Assembly (NCBI GenBank): GCA_041489155.1
Contig: JBGPQP010000007.1
Location: 1 to 62,550 of the forward strand
DNA: 62,550 nt
Reading direction: 5' to 3'
Origin: Candidatus Aenigmatarchaeota archaeon
GTDB taxonomy: Archaea > Aenigmatarchaeota > Aenigmatarchaeia > QMZP01 > QMZT01
Positions 13,059 to 21,652 of this stretch are shown here, one piece after another. Within the stretch, counting starts at the first letter, position 1. Each line of letters begins with the position of its first letter. Made by a program: the position numbers and the translations under genes. The notes beneath the pieces are model-generated. The model was not told the DNA's origin and searched no databases. It saw only the letters and a program-made list of their open reading frames with translations.

Positions 13059-13253
13059 TTACTTCTTGAACTTGCCGATCTTGTCTATCATGTCCACGTG
13101 CGTCAGAAACAGCGAGCGGCAGCAGTATCTTTCCAGCCCCAGTGAGTCCAAGACTGTTTTAGGCGCGGCGCCCTTCTCCACTTCGGCCTGGTATTTTTCC
13201 CACAAATGGCCGACGGGCTTGCCGCATGTCATGCATCTTATGGGTACGATCAT
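13059..13253 (-). CDS. rpoN: RNA polymerase subunit N (Rpo10)
   Basis: [12 protein letters not shown]...LGLERYCCR. Confidence 0.95.
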   Translation of the reverse strand: MIVPIRCMTCGKPVGHLWEKYQAEVEKGAAPKTVLDSLGLERYCCRSLFLTHVDMIDKIGKFKK

Positions 13254-13286
13254 AATAACACCATCAATCAGGCAGTCTTCGTGAGT

Positions 13287-13493
13287 TTATTTATCGCTGA
13301 ACGACTTTAAAAGCTTAACTGAGACAACAAAGCTCACAAACCCTCGTTGAGAAAGTCCTTGACTATCTTTCTCGTGTTCTCCGGCATCCGGGCTATCTTG
13401 TCCGTCTCCTTCGTTCTCTTTATTTCCAGCATGTCCACATTTCTCATGTCGATCCTTATGCCCTTTCTTCTCAATCGAACACCTGAAAGACAT
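13287..13493 (-). CDS. Possible small hypothetical protein
   Basis: Open frame MSFRCSIEKK... filling the gap upstream of rpoN; no recognisable motif. Confidence 0.25.
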   Translation of the reverse strand: MSFRCSIEKKGHKDRHEKCGHAGNKENEGDGQDSPDAGEHEKDSQGLSQRGFVSFVVSVKLLKSFSDK

Positions 13494-13633
13494 TAATTGG
13501 TTGCTATCACTTAAATACTTTGCGCGCGCTTCGCGCTTCCTTCCCGTTGCATCCAATATTAATATTATAACCCTGATTATAATATAACCAAACCAGCGAT
13601 TGACACAGGCGTAACCTGTGTCCTTCGAATAAC

Positions 13634-13741
13634 GGGGCCGTAGTGTAGTCTGGTCTAGTCAACCTCGAGCTTTTGAGCTTGACGCCATGATCATTCCAGC
13701 TTGGGGTGCTGGTGACCTGGGTTCAAATCCCAGCGGCCCCA
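13634..13741 (+). tRNA. tRNA-Pro(GGG) with 33-nt D-loop intron (13657-13689, site 20b/21)
   Basis: Acceptor GGGGCCG/CGGCCCC, anticodon arm CCAGC-TTGGGGT-GCTGG, T arm CTGGG-TTCAAAT-CCCAG; BHB TGGT/GCCA with CTA and TGA bulges. Confidence 0.92.
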
Positions 13742-13780
13742 TCGAATCTTTTTAGAAAAAAGGCTCATCAAAAATAAGAA

Positions 13781-14761
13781 TTACATGACCGCGTTCTGCA
13801 AGTAATGTGAAATGGGTCTTATGCCAGTGTGAAATATATAATCTTCTGCAACCATGTGGCCGATGCCGGCTGCTTTTCTGATGTCTATGGATTGCCCGCA
13901 TTTAAGGTCGTGGATGATGCCTGCCTGCACGCCAACTGAAAATGCGTCGCCAGCGCCGGTGAAATCAGGCGGCTTGTCCTGCCTTAGCGTGCGGCCTTCA
14001 TGGTTTTTCCCATTGTACCTCAAAAGCGAGCCTTCCTTTCCCAGCGTGACGCCGACTATGCCGTCCGTGTGTTCGGATAGTTTTTTGACTATCCGCAGGG
14101 GTTCTTTTTCCCCTGTCATGTAGAGGCCTTCTTTCTCATTCACAAGGAAAAGGTCCACTTCCTCCAAGACATTAAGCATATCCCTGTAAGGCAGTTTGTC
14201 ATTTGTCAGGACGCTGGTCGTTGTCATAATGCCGGACTGGCGCAGCCTGTGAAAGGCCTCCTTCATCGGCTTTCCGTCAAAACCCGGCAGAAGCAGGGCG
14301 TAAATCACGTCGACAAAATAAGGCTTGTTTTTTTCGAGAAATCTCATCTCTTTCCTGCCCAGAGCAAAATAACCGGTGAGGCCGGAGTAATGCGCGATGT
14401 TCCTGTCGGTCTCAGTGTTTTCTATCAGCGAGAATTCCGTCGTCTCGCCCGGCATGAACCTGAGCAGTGCCGTGTCTACGCCCATTTTCTTGAATTCCTT
14501 CGCAAGGCCATGCCCGTATATGTCGTCTCCCAGGATTCCGGCAACCGCAGAACTGAAACCCAACTGCTGCATGATGGGAACCTTGTTGCCCAGCCCGCCT
14601 GCCGCGGGTTTTGGCACGTCTTCTCTTCCTATCAGCACGACCTGCCCCGGCTGCTCGTCAAAGCTCCTGACAATTCTTCGCAGGCTTTCTTGCGGAATCC
14701 GTGCATCAAGACATATCTTGCCGCAGCCCGCATAGTCTATTTTTCTCGGCGCTGGTTGCAT
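13781..14761 (-). CDS. PfkB/ribokinase-family carbohydrate kinase
   Basis: GILGDDIYG, VNEKE, VTLGKEGS, DFTGAGDAF. Confidence 0.85.
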   Translation of the reverse strand: MQPAPRKIDYAGCGKICLDARIPQESLRRIVRSFDEQPGQVVLIGREDVPKPAAGGLGNKVPIMQQLGFSSAVAGILGDDIYGHGLAKEFKKMGVDTALLRFMPGETTEFSLIENTETDRNIAHYSGLTGYFALGRKEMRFLEKNKPYFVDVIYALLLPGFDGKPMKEAFHRLRQSGIMTTTSVLTNDKLPYRDMLNVLEEVDLFLVNEKEGLYMTGEKEPLRIVKKLSEHTDGIVGVTLGKEGSLLRYNGKNHEGRTLRQDKPPDFTGAGDAFSVGVQAGIIHDLKCGQSIDIRKAAGIGHMVAEDYIFHTGIRPISHYLQNAVM

Positions 14762-14805
14762 GTTTTTTCTATAAAAATAAGTTTTAAATGACTATCGAGC
14801 AGAAA

Positions 14806-16041
14806 TCACTTGTTTCTATTTCTCCACTCCTCCACCATCGCCGGGTTCTCAAGCGCTTCCTTCATTTTTGTGAGGCCTTCCTTTATGTCAGGCAGGTCGA
14901 TGCCTGAATAAGCGAGGCGGATGTATTCGCGGTGCTCGCCGTCCATCGGCGTGCCGAAGTGCTTGCGGGTGCAGAAGGAGACGCCGGTCGTGTGGAGCAT
15001 GTATTTCCTGAAATCCTCGACTTCGGTGAAGCCGAGGTTGCGCATTGCGTCCGTTACGTCGGGGAACAGGTAGAAGGTCGAGTTGGGCTTGAATATCTTC
15101 ACGCCTTTCATCTTTTTGAGCATCCTGACGGCGAGGTTCCTGCGCCTCTTAAGGATTCTCAGTATCCTGGCGGTATCCTTCTCCGTCGCCTTCAGCGCCT
15201 CCAGCGCGCCCCACTGAATAAAATGATTGGAGCACGACTCGTCGTTGATGTTGAGGCGGTTCATCTGCTCGACCATCCATTCAGGTCCTATCGCCGCACC
15301 GAGCCTCCAGCCGGTCATGGCGAACTTCTTGGAGAATGTGTAGAGGATCATCGTCCTCTCGAACATGCCCGGGTACGAGGCGATGCTCCTGCCCTTGCCG
15401 TCGTAGTTGATGTCGAAGTACGCTTCATCACTCAGCACGAGCAGGTCGTGCTTTATGCAGATTTTCGCTAGTTCGTCCATCTCCTCGGGATGCGACTCCG
15501 CTCCCATGGGGTTGTGGTAGTTGTTGAAGATGAGGATTTTGGTTTTTGGCGTGATGAGGCTTTCGATCTGCGCCAGGTCGAGGCTGAAGCCCTTGGGGCT
15601 CATCTTGAAGCCGTAGGGCTTCGCGACCCCGCCATGGAACTGGATCTGCGATTCGTAAATCGGGTAGCCGGGATTGGGATAAAGAACTTCGTCGCCGGGA
15701 TTCATGAAGGCGAGTATGAACTTCATTATCACCGGCTTGCCGCCTGGCTGTATCGAGACGTTGTCCTTTGTCAGGCTGATGCCGCGCTGCTTTCCCGTCT
15801 CTTTCGCCAGCTCTTCCCTGAGCTCGGGAATGCCTGCGCACGGGCAGTAGCCGGTCTTGCCTTCTCTCATCGCCTTCGTGGTCGCCCTGATTATCTTGGC
15901 CGGCGTCTTTATGTTCATGTCGCCGAGATGGAACGGGTAGATCTTGTTGCCCTTGGAGGCGAATTCCCTGGCCTCGAGGGAAACGGAAAACGCTGTCTCC
16001 GTCCCGAGCCTTGACATCCTTTCCGCGACTTTGCCCATCAT
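14806..16041 (-). CDS. PLP-dependent class I/II aminotransferase (aspartate aminotransferase-like)
   Basis: NNYHNPMG, SDEAY, TFSKKFAMTGWRLG. Confidence 0.9.
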   Translation of the reverse strand: MMGKVAERMSRLGTETAFSVSLEAREFASKGNKIYPFHLGDMNIKTPAKIIRATTKAMREGKTGYCPCAGIPELREELAKETGKQRGISLTKDNVSIQPGGKPVIMKFILAFMNPGDEVLYPNPGYPIYESQIQFHGGVAKPYGFKMSPKGFSLDLAQIESLITPKTKILIFNNYHNPMGAESHPEEMDELAKICIKHDLLVLSDEAYFDINYDGKGRSIASYPGMFERTMILYTFSKKFAMTGWRLGAAIGPEWMVEQMNRLNINDESCSNHFIQWGALEALKATEKDTARILRILKRRRNLAVRMLKKMKGVKIFKPNSTFYLFPDVTDAMRNLGFTEVEDFRKYMLHTTGVSFCTRKHFGTPMDGEHREYIRLAYSGIDLPDIKEGLTKMKEALENPAMVEEWRNRNK

Positions 16042-16068
16042 AAAAAAACCTCCTAAAGCGTTGCGCCT

Positions 16069-17088
16069 TTACTTTTTCTTTCTTCTGAGCACGTCCTCGA
16101 CAGCCTTTATGATATCTGTGCTCTTGAGATTGAATTCCACCATGAGCTGGTCTGGCTCGCCCGACTCGCCGAAGCGGTCCAGCACGCCGACGCGCTTCAT
16201 GGGAACCGGATAATGCTCAACCACGACCTCCGCTATCGCGGAGCCGAAGCCAGCTGTGATCTGGTGCTCTTCCGCGGTCACGATCGCGCCAGTCTCCTTC
16301 GCCGCCGTGATTATCGCTTCCTCGTCTATCGGCTTGATGGTGTGGAGATTTATCACGCGCGCCTCAATGTTGCGCTTCTCCAGCTCCTTCGCCGCGATAA
16401 GCGCCTCGTAAACCATCGGGCCGCACGCGAAAATCGCGACATCGTTGCCGAAGCGGAACGTTTCCGCTTTTCCGAAACGGAACGGCGTTTCCGGCGTTGT
16501 GATGACAGGGACTTTTTCCCTGCCGAAACGTATGACCATCGGGCCGTGTATGCGGGCGGATTCAAGCGTCGCTTTTTTCGTCTCCCAGTAATCTGTCGGG
16601 ACGACGACCTTCATGTTCGGCAGGACGCGCGAGAGCGCGATTTCCTCGAGCGACTGGTGCGTCGCGCCATCCGCTCCTACGGAAACTCCGCCGTGCGCGC
16701 TGGCGATCTTGACGTTGAAGTCGCCGTAGGCGACTGTCGTGCGCATCTGGTCCCATGCGCGGCCGGTGCAGAATACGCCGTACGTGCTGACGTACGGAAT
16801 CTTGCCCACTGCTGCCAGCCCTGCAGCGAGACCCATCATGTCCTGCTCGGAAATCCCGACTTCTACGAAGCGGTCAGGATATTTATCAGCGAACCACTGG
16901 GCGCGCGTCGAATCGGAAAGGTCGGCGCAGAGCACGACGATCCTCTGGTTGTCTTTGCCCATTTCCACCAAGCCGTGGCCATAACCATCTCTTGTCGGTA
17001 TCTTTTCCACATTATCGTAAATGTTGGCCGCCAGCTTCATGTCCGGGTTCAGGCCGGATTTCTGCGAAGTGTGCGAAGACATAAACAT
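16069..17088 (-). CDS. Transketolase, C-terminal subunit
   Basis: EVGISEQ, GADGATHQ, TAEEH. Confidence 0.92.
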   Translation of the reverse strand: MFMSSHTSQKSGLNPDMKLAANIYDNVEKIPTRDGYGHGLVEMGKDNQRIVVLCADLSDSTRAQWFADKYPDRFVEVGISEQDMMGLAAGLAAVGKIPYVSTYGVFCTGRAWDQMRTTVAYGDFNVKIASAHGGVSVGADGATHQSLEEIALSRVLPNMKVVVPTDYWETKKATLESARIHGPMVIRFGREKVPVITTPETPFRFGKAETFRFGNDVAIFACGPMVYEALIAAKELEKRNIEARVINLHTIKPIDEEAIITAAKETGAIVTAEEHQITAGFGSAIAEVVVEHYPVPMKRVGVLDRFGESGEPDQLMVEFNLKSTDIIKAVEDVLRRKKK

Positions 17089-17094
17089 TACCTC

Positions 17095-17931
17095 TCATGC
17101 GCAGCCGTATGCCTGCGCTTCTAGCTCCTTCAGTGCCTTTTCGGCTTCCTCTTTCTTCGGCGCTTTGCCGTGCCATTCCGCCTTGTTCTCCATGAAAGAG
17201 ACGCCTTTGCCTTTCACGGTGTTTGCAAGTATGACCGTCGGCCTGCCTTTTGTGTGCTCGGCTTCCCCGAAGGCGCTGAGCAACTGCTCGATGTTATGGC
17301 CGTCGACTTCGATCGCGTGCCAGCCGAAGGCCTCCCACTTCGCCTTCAGCGGATCGATGCACATCACGTCTTTTGTCCATCCGTCTATCTGGAGCTTGTT
17401 GACGTCGACGACGCCGCAGAGGTTGTCGAGCTTGTAATGAGCGCCTGACATCGCGGCTTCCCATATCTGGCCTTCCTGCAACTCGCCGTCGCCCATCAGG
17501 CAGTAGACGCGCTCGTTGCGGTGGTCCATCTTAAGACCTATCGCCATTCCCGCTGCGATGGAAAGGCCCTGGCCAAGCGAGCCTGAAGAGGTCTCGAGGC
17601 ATTCGAGCTTGAGGCGATGCGGGTGGCCCTGAAGCCTTGAACCAAGCTTGCGCAGCGTGATCAGTTCGTCGACCGGGAAGTAGCCGCGCCTGGCGAGCGT
17701 CGCATAAAGCACAGGGCACACGTGCCCTTTCGAAAGAATGAACCTGTCCCTCTCGTCCCATTTTATGTTCTTGGGGTCGTGCTTCATGACGTTGAAGTAA
17801 AGGGAAACGAGGATTTCGACAGAAGAAAGCGATCCTCCCGGGTGCCCGCTGCCAGCGGCACAGGTCATCCTGATTATGTCCTTCCTGACGTCATTTGCGA
17901 TTTTCTTCATGTCCTGGACGCTATGCTTCAT
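17095..17931 (-). CDS. Transketolase, N-terminal (TPP-binding) subunit
   Basis: GHPGGSLS, SKGH, LQGHP, GDGELQEG. Confidence 0.93.
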   Translation of the reverse strand: MKHSVQDMKKIANDVRKDIIRMTCAAGSGHPGGSLSSVEILVSLYFNVMKHDPKNIKWDERDRFILSKGHVCPVLYATLARRGYFPVDELITLRKLGSRLQGHPHRLKLECLETSSGSLGQGLSIAAGMAIGLKMDHRNERVYCLMGDGELQEGQIWEAAMSGAHYKLDNLCGVVDVNKLQIDGWTKDVMCIDPLKAKWEAFGWHAIEVDGHNIEQLLSAFGEAEHTKGRPTVILANTVKGKGVSFMENKAEWHGKAPKKEEAEKALKELEAQAYGCA

Positions 17932-18044
17932 CGGGTATCACTATTTCGGGAAGATATAATCTTTGATTCCCGTAATTTAAGCTTTACGGTTTGCCTGTTT
18001 CCATTTCTACCCCTTTATTTATGCGGCTGATGCAAAAATATTAT

Positions 18045-19067
18045 ATGAAACCTGATTTCGCAAGGAGGATCAAAGCGCTCAGGAAGGCGATGGCGGAAAA
18101 GGGCCTGGATGTAATAATGACGTCCAGCCAGGATGAAATCCTCTATTACACGGGCTACCGCGGCCTGAGGGACGACAGGCTTTTCATGCTCTTCCCCCTG
18201 AACGGCAGGCCGAAGCTCATAGTTTCCTCGCTCTCCAACGAAGCGAAGAAGTTCTATCCGGAAATAGTGTATATGAAGGAATTCAAGGACGTGCTCGCAT
18301 GCATGAAGCCGTACAAGACGATAGGCTACGACGAGCGCGTCATCGACATCATGGTTTTCCATGAGATAAAAAAGCTGAAGCCAGGCATCAGGCCTGCGAC
18401 ATCGCTGCTTGAGGCTCAGAGAATCGTCAAAGACGCTTACGAAATAACGCAGCTGAAGAAGGCGGCACAGGCGACAGGCAAGGCCATGTCCGCCGTCAGC
18501 GGGAAGCTCGCTGGCAGGACCGAGAAGCAGATCGCCGACGCGCTGGAGATAGAATACAGGAAACTGGGAGCAGAGAGCGCCTACGAGCCTCTGGTATGCG
18601 CTGGCAAAAACACGCAGTTCATTCATCATGCCGCCGGCCCGAAGGTCATCGCTAAGAACGACGTGGTGATGATAGACGCGGGGGCGAGAGTGAACGGCTA
18701 CTGCTGCGACGTGACCAGAATGTTCTTCAGGAAAATCAACGCGAAGCACAGGCAGATGTACGAGGACGTCAAGCAGATTAAAAGCGAACTGACCTCGCGC
18801 ATACGAGCAGGCGTTAGCTACAAGGAGATAGAAAATCTTTACAGGAGCCTGCTCGCGCAGAAAGGGTACAAGGTGTTCCACAGCTTCGGCCACGGCGTCG
18901 GCCTCTCCGTCCACGAGCCGGCTGGCGAGGTGCTGCAGGAAAACGCGGTCATCACCGTCGAACCAGGAGTCTACATAAAGAACTTCGGCGGCGTAAGGAT
19001 AGAAGATACAATAGTGGTAAAAAAAGGTAAGGCAGACGTTCTCTCAAGGTCGATAAGGCTTCTGTGA
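18045..19067 (+). CDS. Xaa-Pro aminopeptidase / prolidase (M24)
   Basis: DAGARVNGYCCDVTR, HSFGHGVGLSVHEP, TVEPGVY, GVRIED; start approximate. Confidence 0.9.
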   Translation: MKPDFARRIKALRKAMAEKGLDVIMTSSQDEILYYTGYRGLRDDRLFMLFPLNGRPKLIVSSLSNEAKKFYPEIVYMKEFKDVLACMKPYKTIGYDERVIDIMVFHEIKKLKPGIRPATSLLEAQRIVKDAYEITQLKKAAQATGKAMSAVSGKLAGRTEKQIADALEIEYRKLGAESAYEPLVCAGKNTQFIHHAAGPKVIAKNDVVMIDAGARVNGYCCDVTRMFFRKINAKHRQMYEDVKQIKSELTSRIRAGVSYKEIENLYRSLLAQKGYKVFHSFGHGVGLSVHEPAGEVLQENAVITVEPGVYIKNFGGVRIEDTIVVKKGKADVLSRSIRLL

Positions 19068-19075
19068 GTTCCGGC

Positions 19076-19378
19076 TTATTCCTCTACTGCCTCTGATTTT
19101 TCGCCGGATTTTTCCTCGTCAGCGACCGGAAGCGATATGTGCTTTATCAGGATGACATCGCCGATCGACTCGACCATGGGGAACGGGATGATTACGCCTT
19201 TCTTGCTGCCGAGCATCTTCGAGATGTAGGATTCCTTGGCTGCGCGCACTACAAGGGAGCGGATCTTGAACCTCTTGAGGTCGCATTCGACGTCCTCGAC
19301 CTTGCCGCAGAACATGCCCTTGTTGGTGAACACGTCTTTGCCGTATGTTTCAGAAATGCTCGATACTTTTATCGCCAT
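19076..19378 (-). CDS. PRC-barrel domain protein (CdpB-like)
   Basis: YGKDVFTNKGMFCGKVEDV...IPFPMVESIGDVILI. Confidence 0.85.
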   Translation of the reverse strand: MAIKVSSISETYGKDVFTNKGMFCGKVEDVECDLKRFKIRSLVVRAAKESYISKMLGSKKGVIIPFPMVESIGDVILIKHISLPVADEEKSGEKSEAVEE

Positions 19379-19499
19379 ACACCCACCTCTCCGTCTCGCT
19401 TTTCAGTAAATTTTATCTGTTATATGATTTAAGCGGAGGCTTTATAAAGTTTGTGATTTTAAGGCGCTAATATTTAAACCATGAATCCAATAACAGAGC

Positions 19500-20129
19500 A
19501 TGAGGCAGCTGTTTTCCCTCGACGTGGAAACGCTGGGCGAGGCCTGCGGCATTTTCGCAGGCGATGGCGGCATTTACAGGACGGCCAGGAGCTTTGTCGT
19601 CGAGGTCAGGGGCGGGAAGGACGAAGCGCATTACTACACCCACACCGTCAGGCCGCTCTTCGAGGAGCTTTTCTCCAAGAAACTGGAAATCACCAAAAGG
19701 AAATATGTGGGAGGGCATGTAATAGGCATACGCGTGTGCGGCGGGGAAGCGATGCGCCTCTTCCATGTCTTCCTCGAGTTCCCGGTCGGCAGCAAGACCC
19801 ATGCCCTCCGCATGCCGAAGATAATCTTCAACAACATGGAATACTGGAAGCCGTACGTGCGCGGCGTTTTCGACTCGCGCGGTTCGCTCTACCTGCGGCG
19901 CACGGGGAAGGGATACATGAATCCAGTTATAGATATCTCCAGCCCGTCTATTTCGCATCTTGTGCAGCTGAGGGAGATCCTGCACGACATCGGCTTCACC
20001 TTCTGGCTCGAGAAACGCAACCGTAAAATAAGGATCGCCGGCCGGAAGAACGTGGAAAGATTTTTTAAAGAGATAAAACCACATAATATTGCGAAAACAA
20101 AAAAGTTCGCTGAAATAATGCTGAGATGA
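19500..20129 (+). CDS. Free-standing two-motif LAGLIDADG endonuclease-like protein
   Basis: Motif 1 EACGIFAGDGGI, motif 2 YVRGVFDSRGSL; C-terminal ERFFKEIKPHN. Confidence 0.82.
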   Translation: MRQLFSLDVETLGEACGIFAGDGGIYRTARSFVVEVRGGKDEAHYYTHTVRPLFEELFSKKLEITKRKYVGGHVIGIRVCGGEAMRLFHVFLEFPVGSKTHALRMPKIIFNNMEYWKPYVRGVFDSRGSLYLRRTGKGYMNPVIDISSPSISHLVQLREILHDIGFTFWLEKRNRKIRIAGRKNVERFFKEIKPHNIAKTKKFAEIMLR

Positions 20130-20235
20130 CCGAGTGGTTAACCGCTTTTCCAGAAGCGAAAAAGCCGGCCAAAAGGTGCAAGGTTGCTAACCTTGTGGGC
20201 GAAAGCCCGCGCAGGTTCGAATCCTGCTCTCAGCG
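20120..20235 (+). tRNA. tRNA-Ser(GCT) with 33-nt D-arm intron (20141-20173, about site 21/22)
   Basis: Acceptor GCTGAGA/TCTCAGC, anticodon arm CAAGG-TTGCTAA-CCTTG, long variable arm GGGC-GAAA-GCCC, G73; BHB-like TGGT/GCCA. Confidence 0.92.
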
Positions 20236-20310
20236 CTCTCTTCTTTTTTGTTTCTGGGTCTCAAGACGCGTGTTTTTTATTTATTAGGGGGTTCGCCTGA
20301 ATTATATAAT

Positions 20311-20700
20311 ATGATAGACCTCAACTTCAAGGGGTTGAGCACCGAAGCGACGATAGCAAAGGTGCTTATTCTCGTGGGTCTGCTGCTGAAGATAGTCGGC
20401 GTGATAGTAATATTCGGAGGCCTCGTGCCGGTGACGAATGTCAGCATGACTCTCGGAATAGCGCCTTTCACATGGGTCTTGGCAGGAGCTTTGACCGCTT
20501 TCGGCCTGCTTGCCATAGCGGGCATAATAGTCCTCTGGAAAGGCTTGGGCAAGTTCAAGCAGAAGGACTATTCTGGAGCGGCCATATTCGCCCTCATAGC
20601 GGCATTCCTTCCGCCCATCGGCGCACCGGAGCTCATAGGAGCAGTTCTTCTCCTGATAGGCCCTGAACTCAAGGGTTCCCTAATTGCCAAGAAAAAATAA
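20311..20700 (+). CDS. Hypothetical membrane protein
   Basis: About 130 aa, 3-4 hydrophobic segments. Confidence 0.7.
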   Translation: MIDLNFKGLSTEATIAKVLILVGLLLKIVGVIVIFGGLVPVTNVSMTLGIAPFTWVLAGALTAFGLLAIAGIIVLWKGLGKFKQKDYSGAAIFALIAAFLPPIGAPELIGAVLLLIGPELKGSLIAKKK

Positions 20701-20888
20701 ACGCAAAACATGGGGCTTGGGAGAAAAGAAAGGATGGTTTGATTTTTTTATTTTATCTTTTCCAGTCTATGCTATCCTTGTTTATTTTATTTGTAAAACA
20801 ACAAAGGCTAGAGACACAACCAAAGGCAGTATGATTCTTTTTATATATGTTATTTTAAGTAACCCGGTAACAAACTTATATCGATATT

Positions 20889-21000
20889 GCGCCAATAGTC
20901 TAGCCTGGTAGGACACGGGCTTCCCAAGCCTGTGGCCCGGGTTCAAAGGACGCATGAAGCAGACTTCGTCTGCTTCCGTCTGAAGCTCCCGGTTGGCGCA
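20889..21000 (+). tRNA. tRNA-Gly(CCC) with 39-nt T-loop intron (20948-20986, site 59/60)
   Basis: Acceptor GCGCCAA/TTGGCGC, anticodon arm CGGGC-TTCCCAA-GCCTG; BHB TTCA/TGAA with AAG and GCT bulges restores TTCAAAT. Confidence 0.92.
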
Positions 21001-21104
21001 TTATTTTGTTCTAAAAACTCCGGAAGATGTTCTTGCATCCAATTACTCAGAACTGGGTTTTAGCGGAATTTTTAAAGCTAATTCCGAAGACTTTAAAGAT
21101 ACGC

Positions 21105-21548
21105 ATGTCTCGGGTTGTAAGGCTTTTCGGCAAAGGGGCTGAGAAATACATCCAAGAAGAGAAACCCGCAGCCTGCCCGTATCCTTTAGACAAACTTGGA
21201 GAATACGTGGGGAAGCAGATAAAAATCAAGTATCTCAACTGTGACATTTTCAAGGAAGAAACAGAGACGCTGAAATTTTTCCCGGGCAGGGATTTTTTCT
21301 ACATAGGGGATGAGATTGGTTATCACATGGTGAACTGGGACCGAGTAGACAGCAATGGGAGAACCTACAAGGTGCTGTCCATCAAAGTTCAGAAGGAAGA
21401 TGGCACGTGGGAAAAGATTTACAAGGCAATCGATGTGGAGCCGCAACTTATGATAAAAGCCAAGGAAGTGACTGCAGAAGCGGAACGAAATAAGAAAGGA
21501 AAGACTGGTGGTCTTGCATCAGGCGCTCCTTCTCTGGTCATGCCGTGA
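21105..21548 (+). CDS. Hypothetical protein
   Basis: Open frame MSRVVRLFGKG... with protein-like composition. Confidence 0.6.
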   Translation: MSRVVRLFGKGAEKYIQEEKPAACPYPLDKLGEYVGKQIKIKYLNCDIFKEETETLKFFPGRDFFYIGDEIGYHMVNWDRVDSNGRTYKVLSIKVQKEDGTWEKIYKAIDVEPQLMIKAKEVTAEAERNKKGKTGGLASGAPSLVMP

Positions 21549-21652
21549 AACCCCGATGCAAAAAACCTATATATTGAACAGACATTATTAATATAATATT
21601 AGCGCTCCATGAAATTCTGTTGGGGGATGGGGAGTCTTGGGGTAGGTTTTCT

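Noticed and set aside
13657..20173. Possible homology between the two 33-nt D-loop introns (Pro and Ser)
   Set aside because: Beyond equal length, a GCTTTT word and the GCCA segment forced by exon pairing, they do not align convincingly
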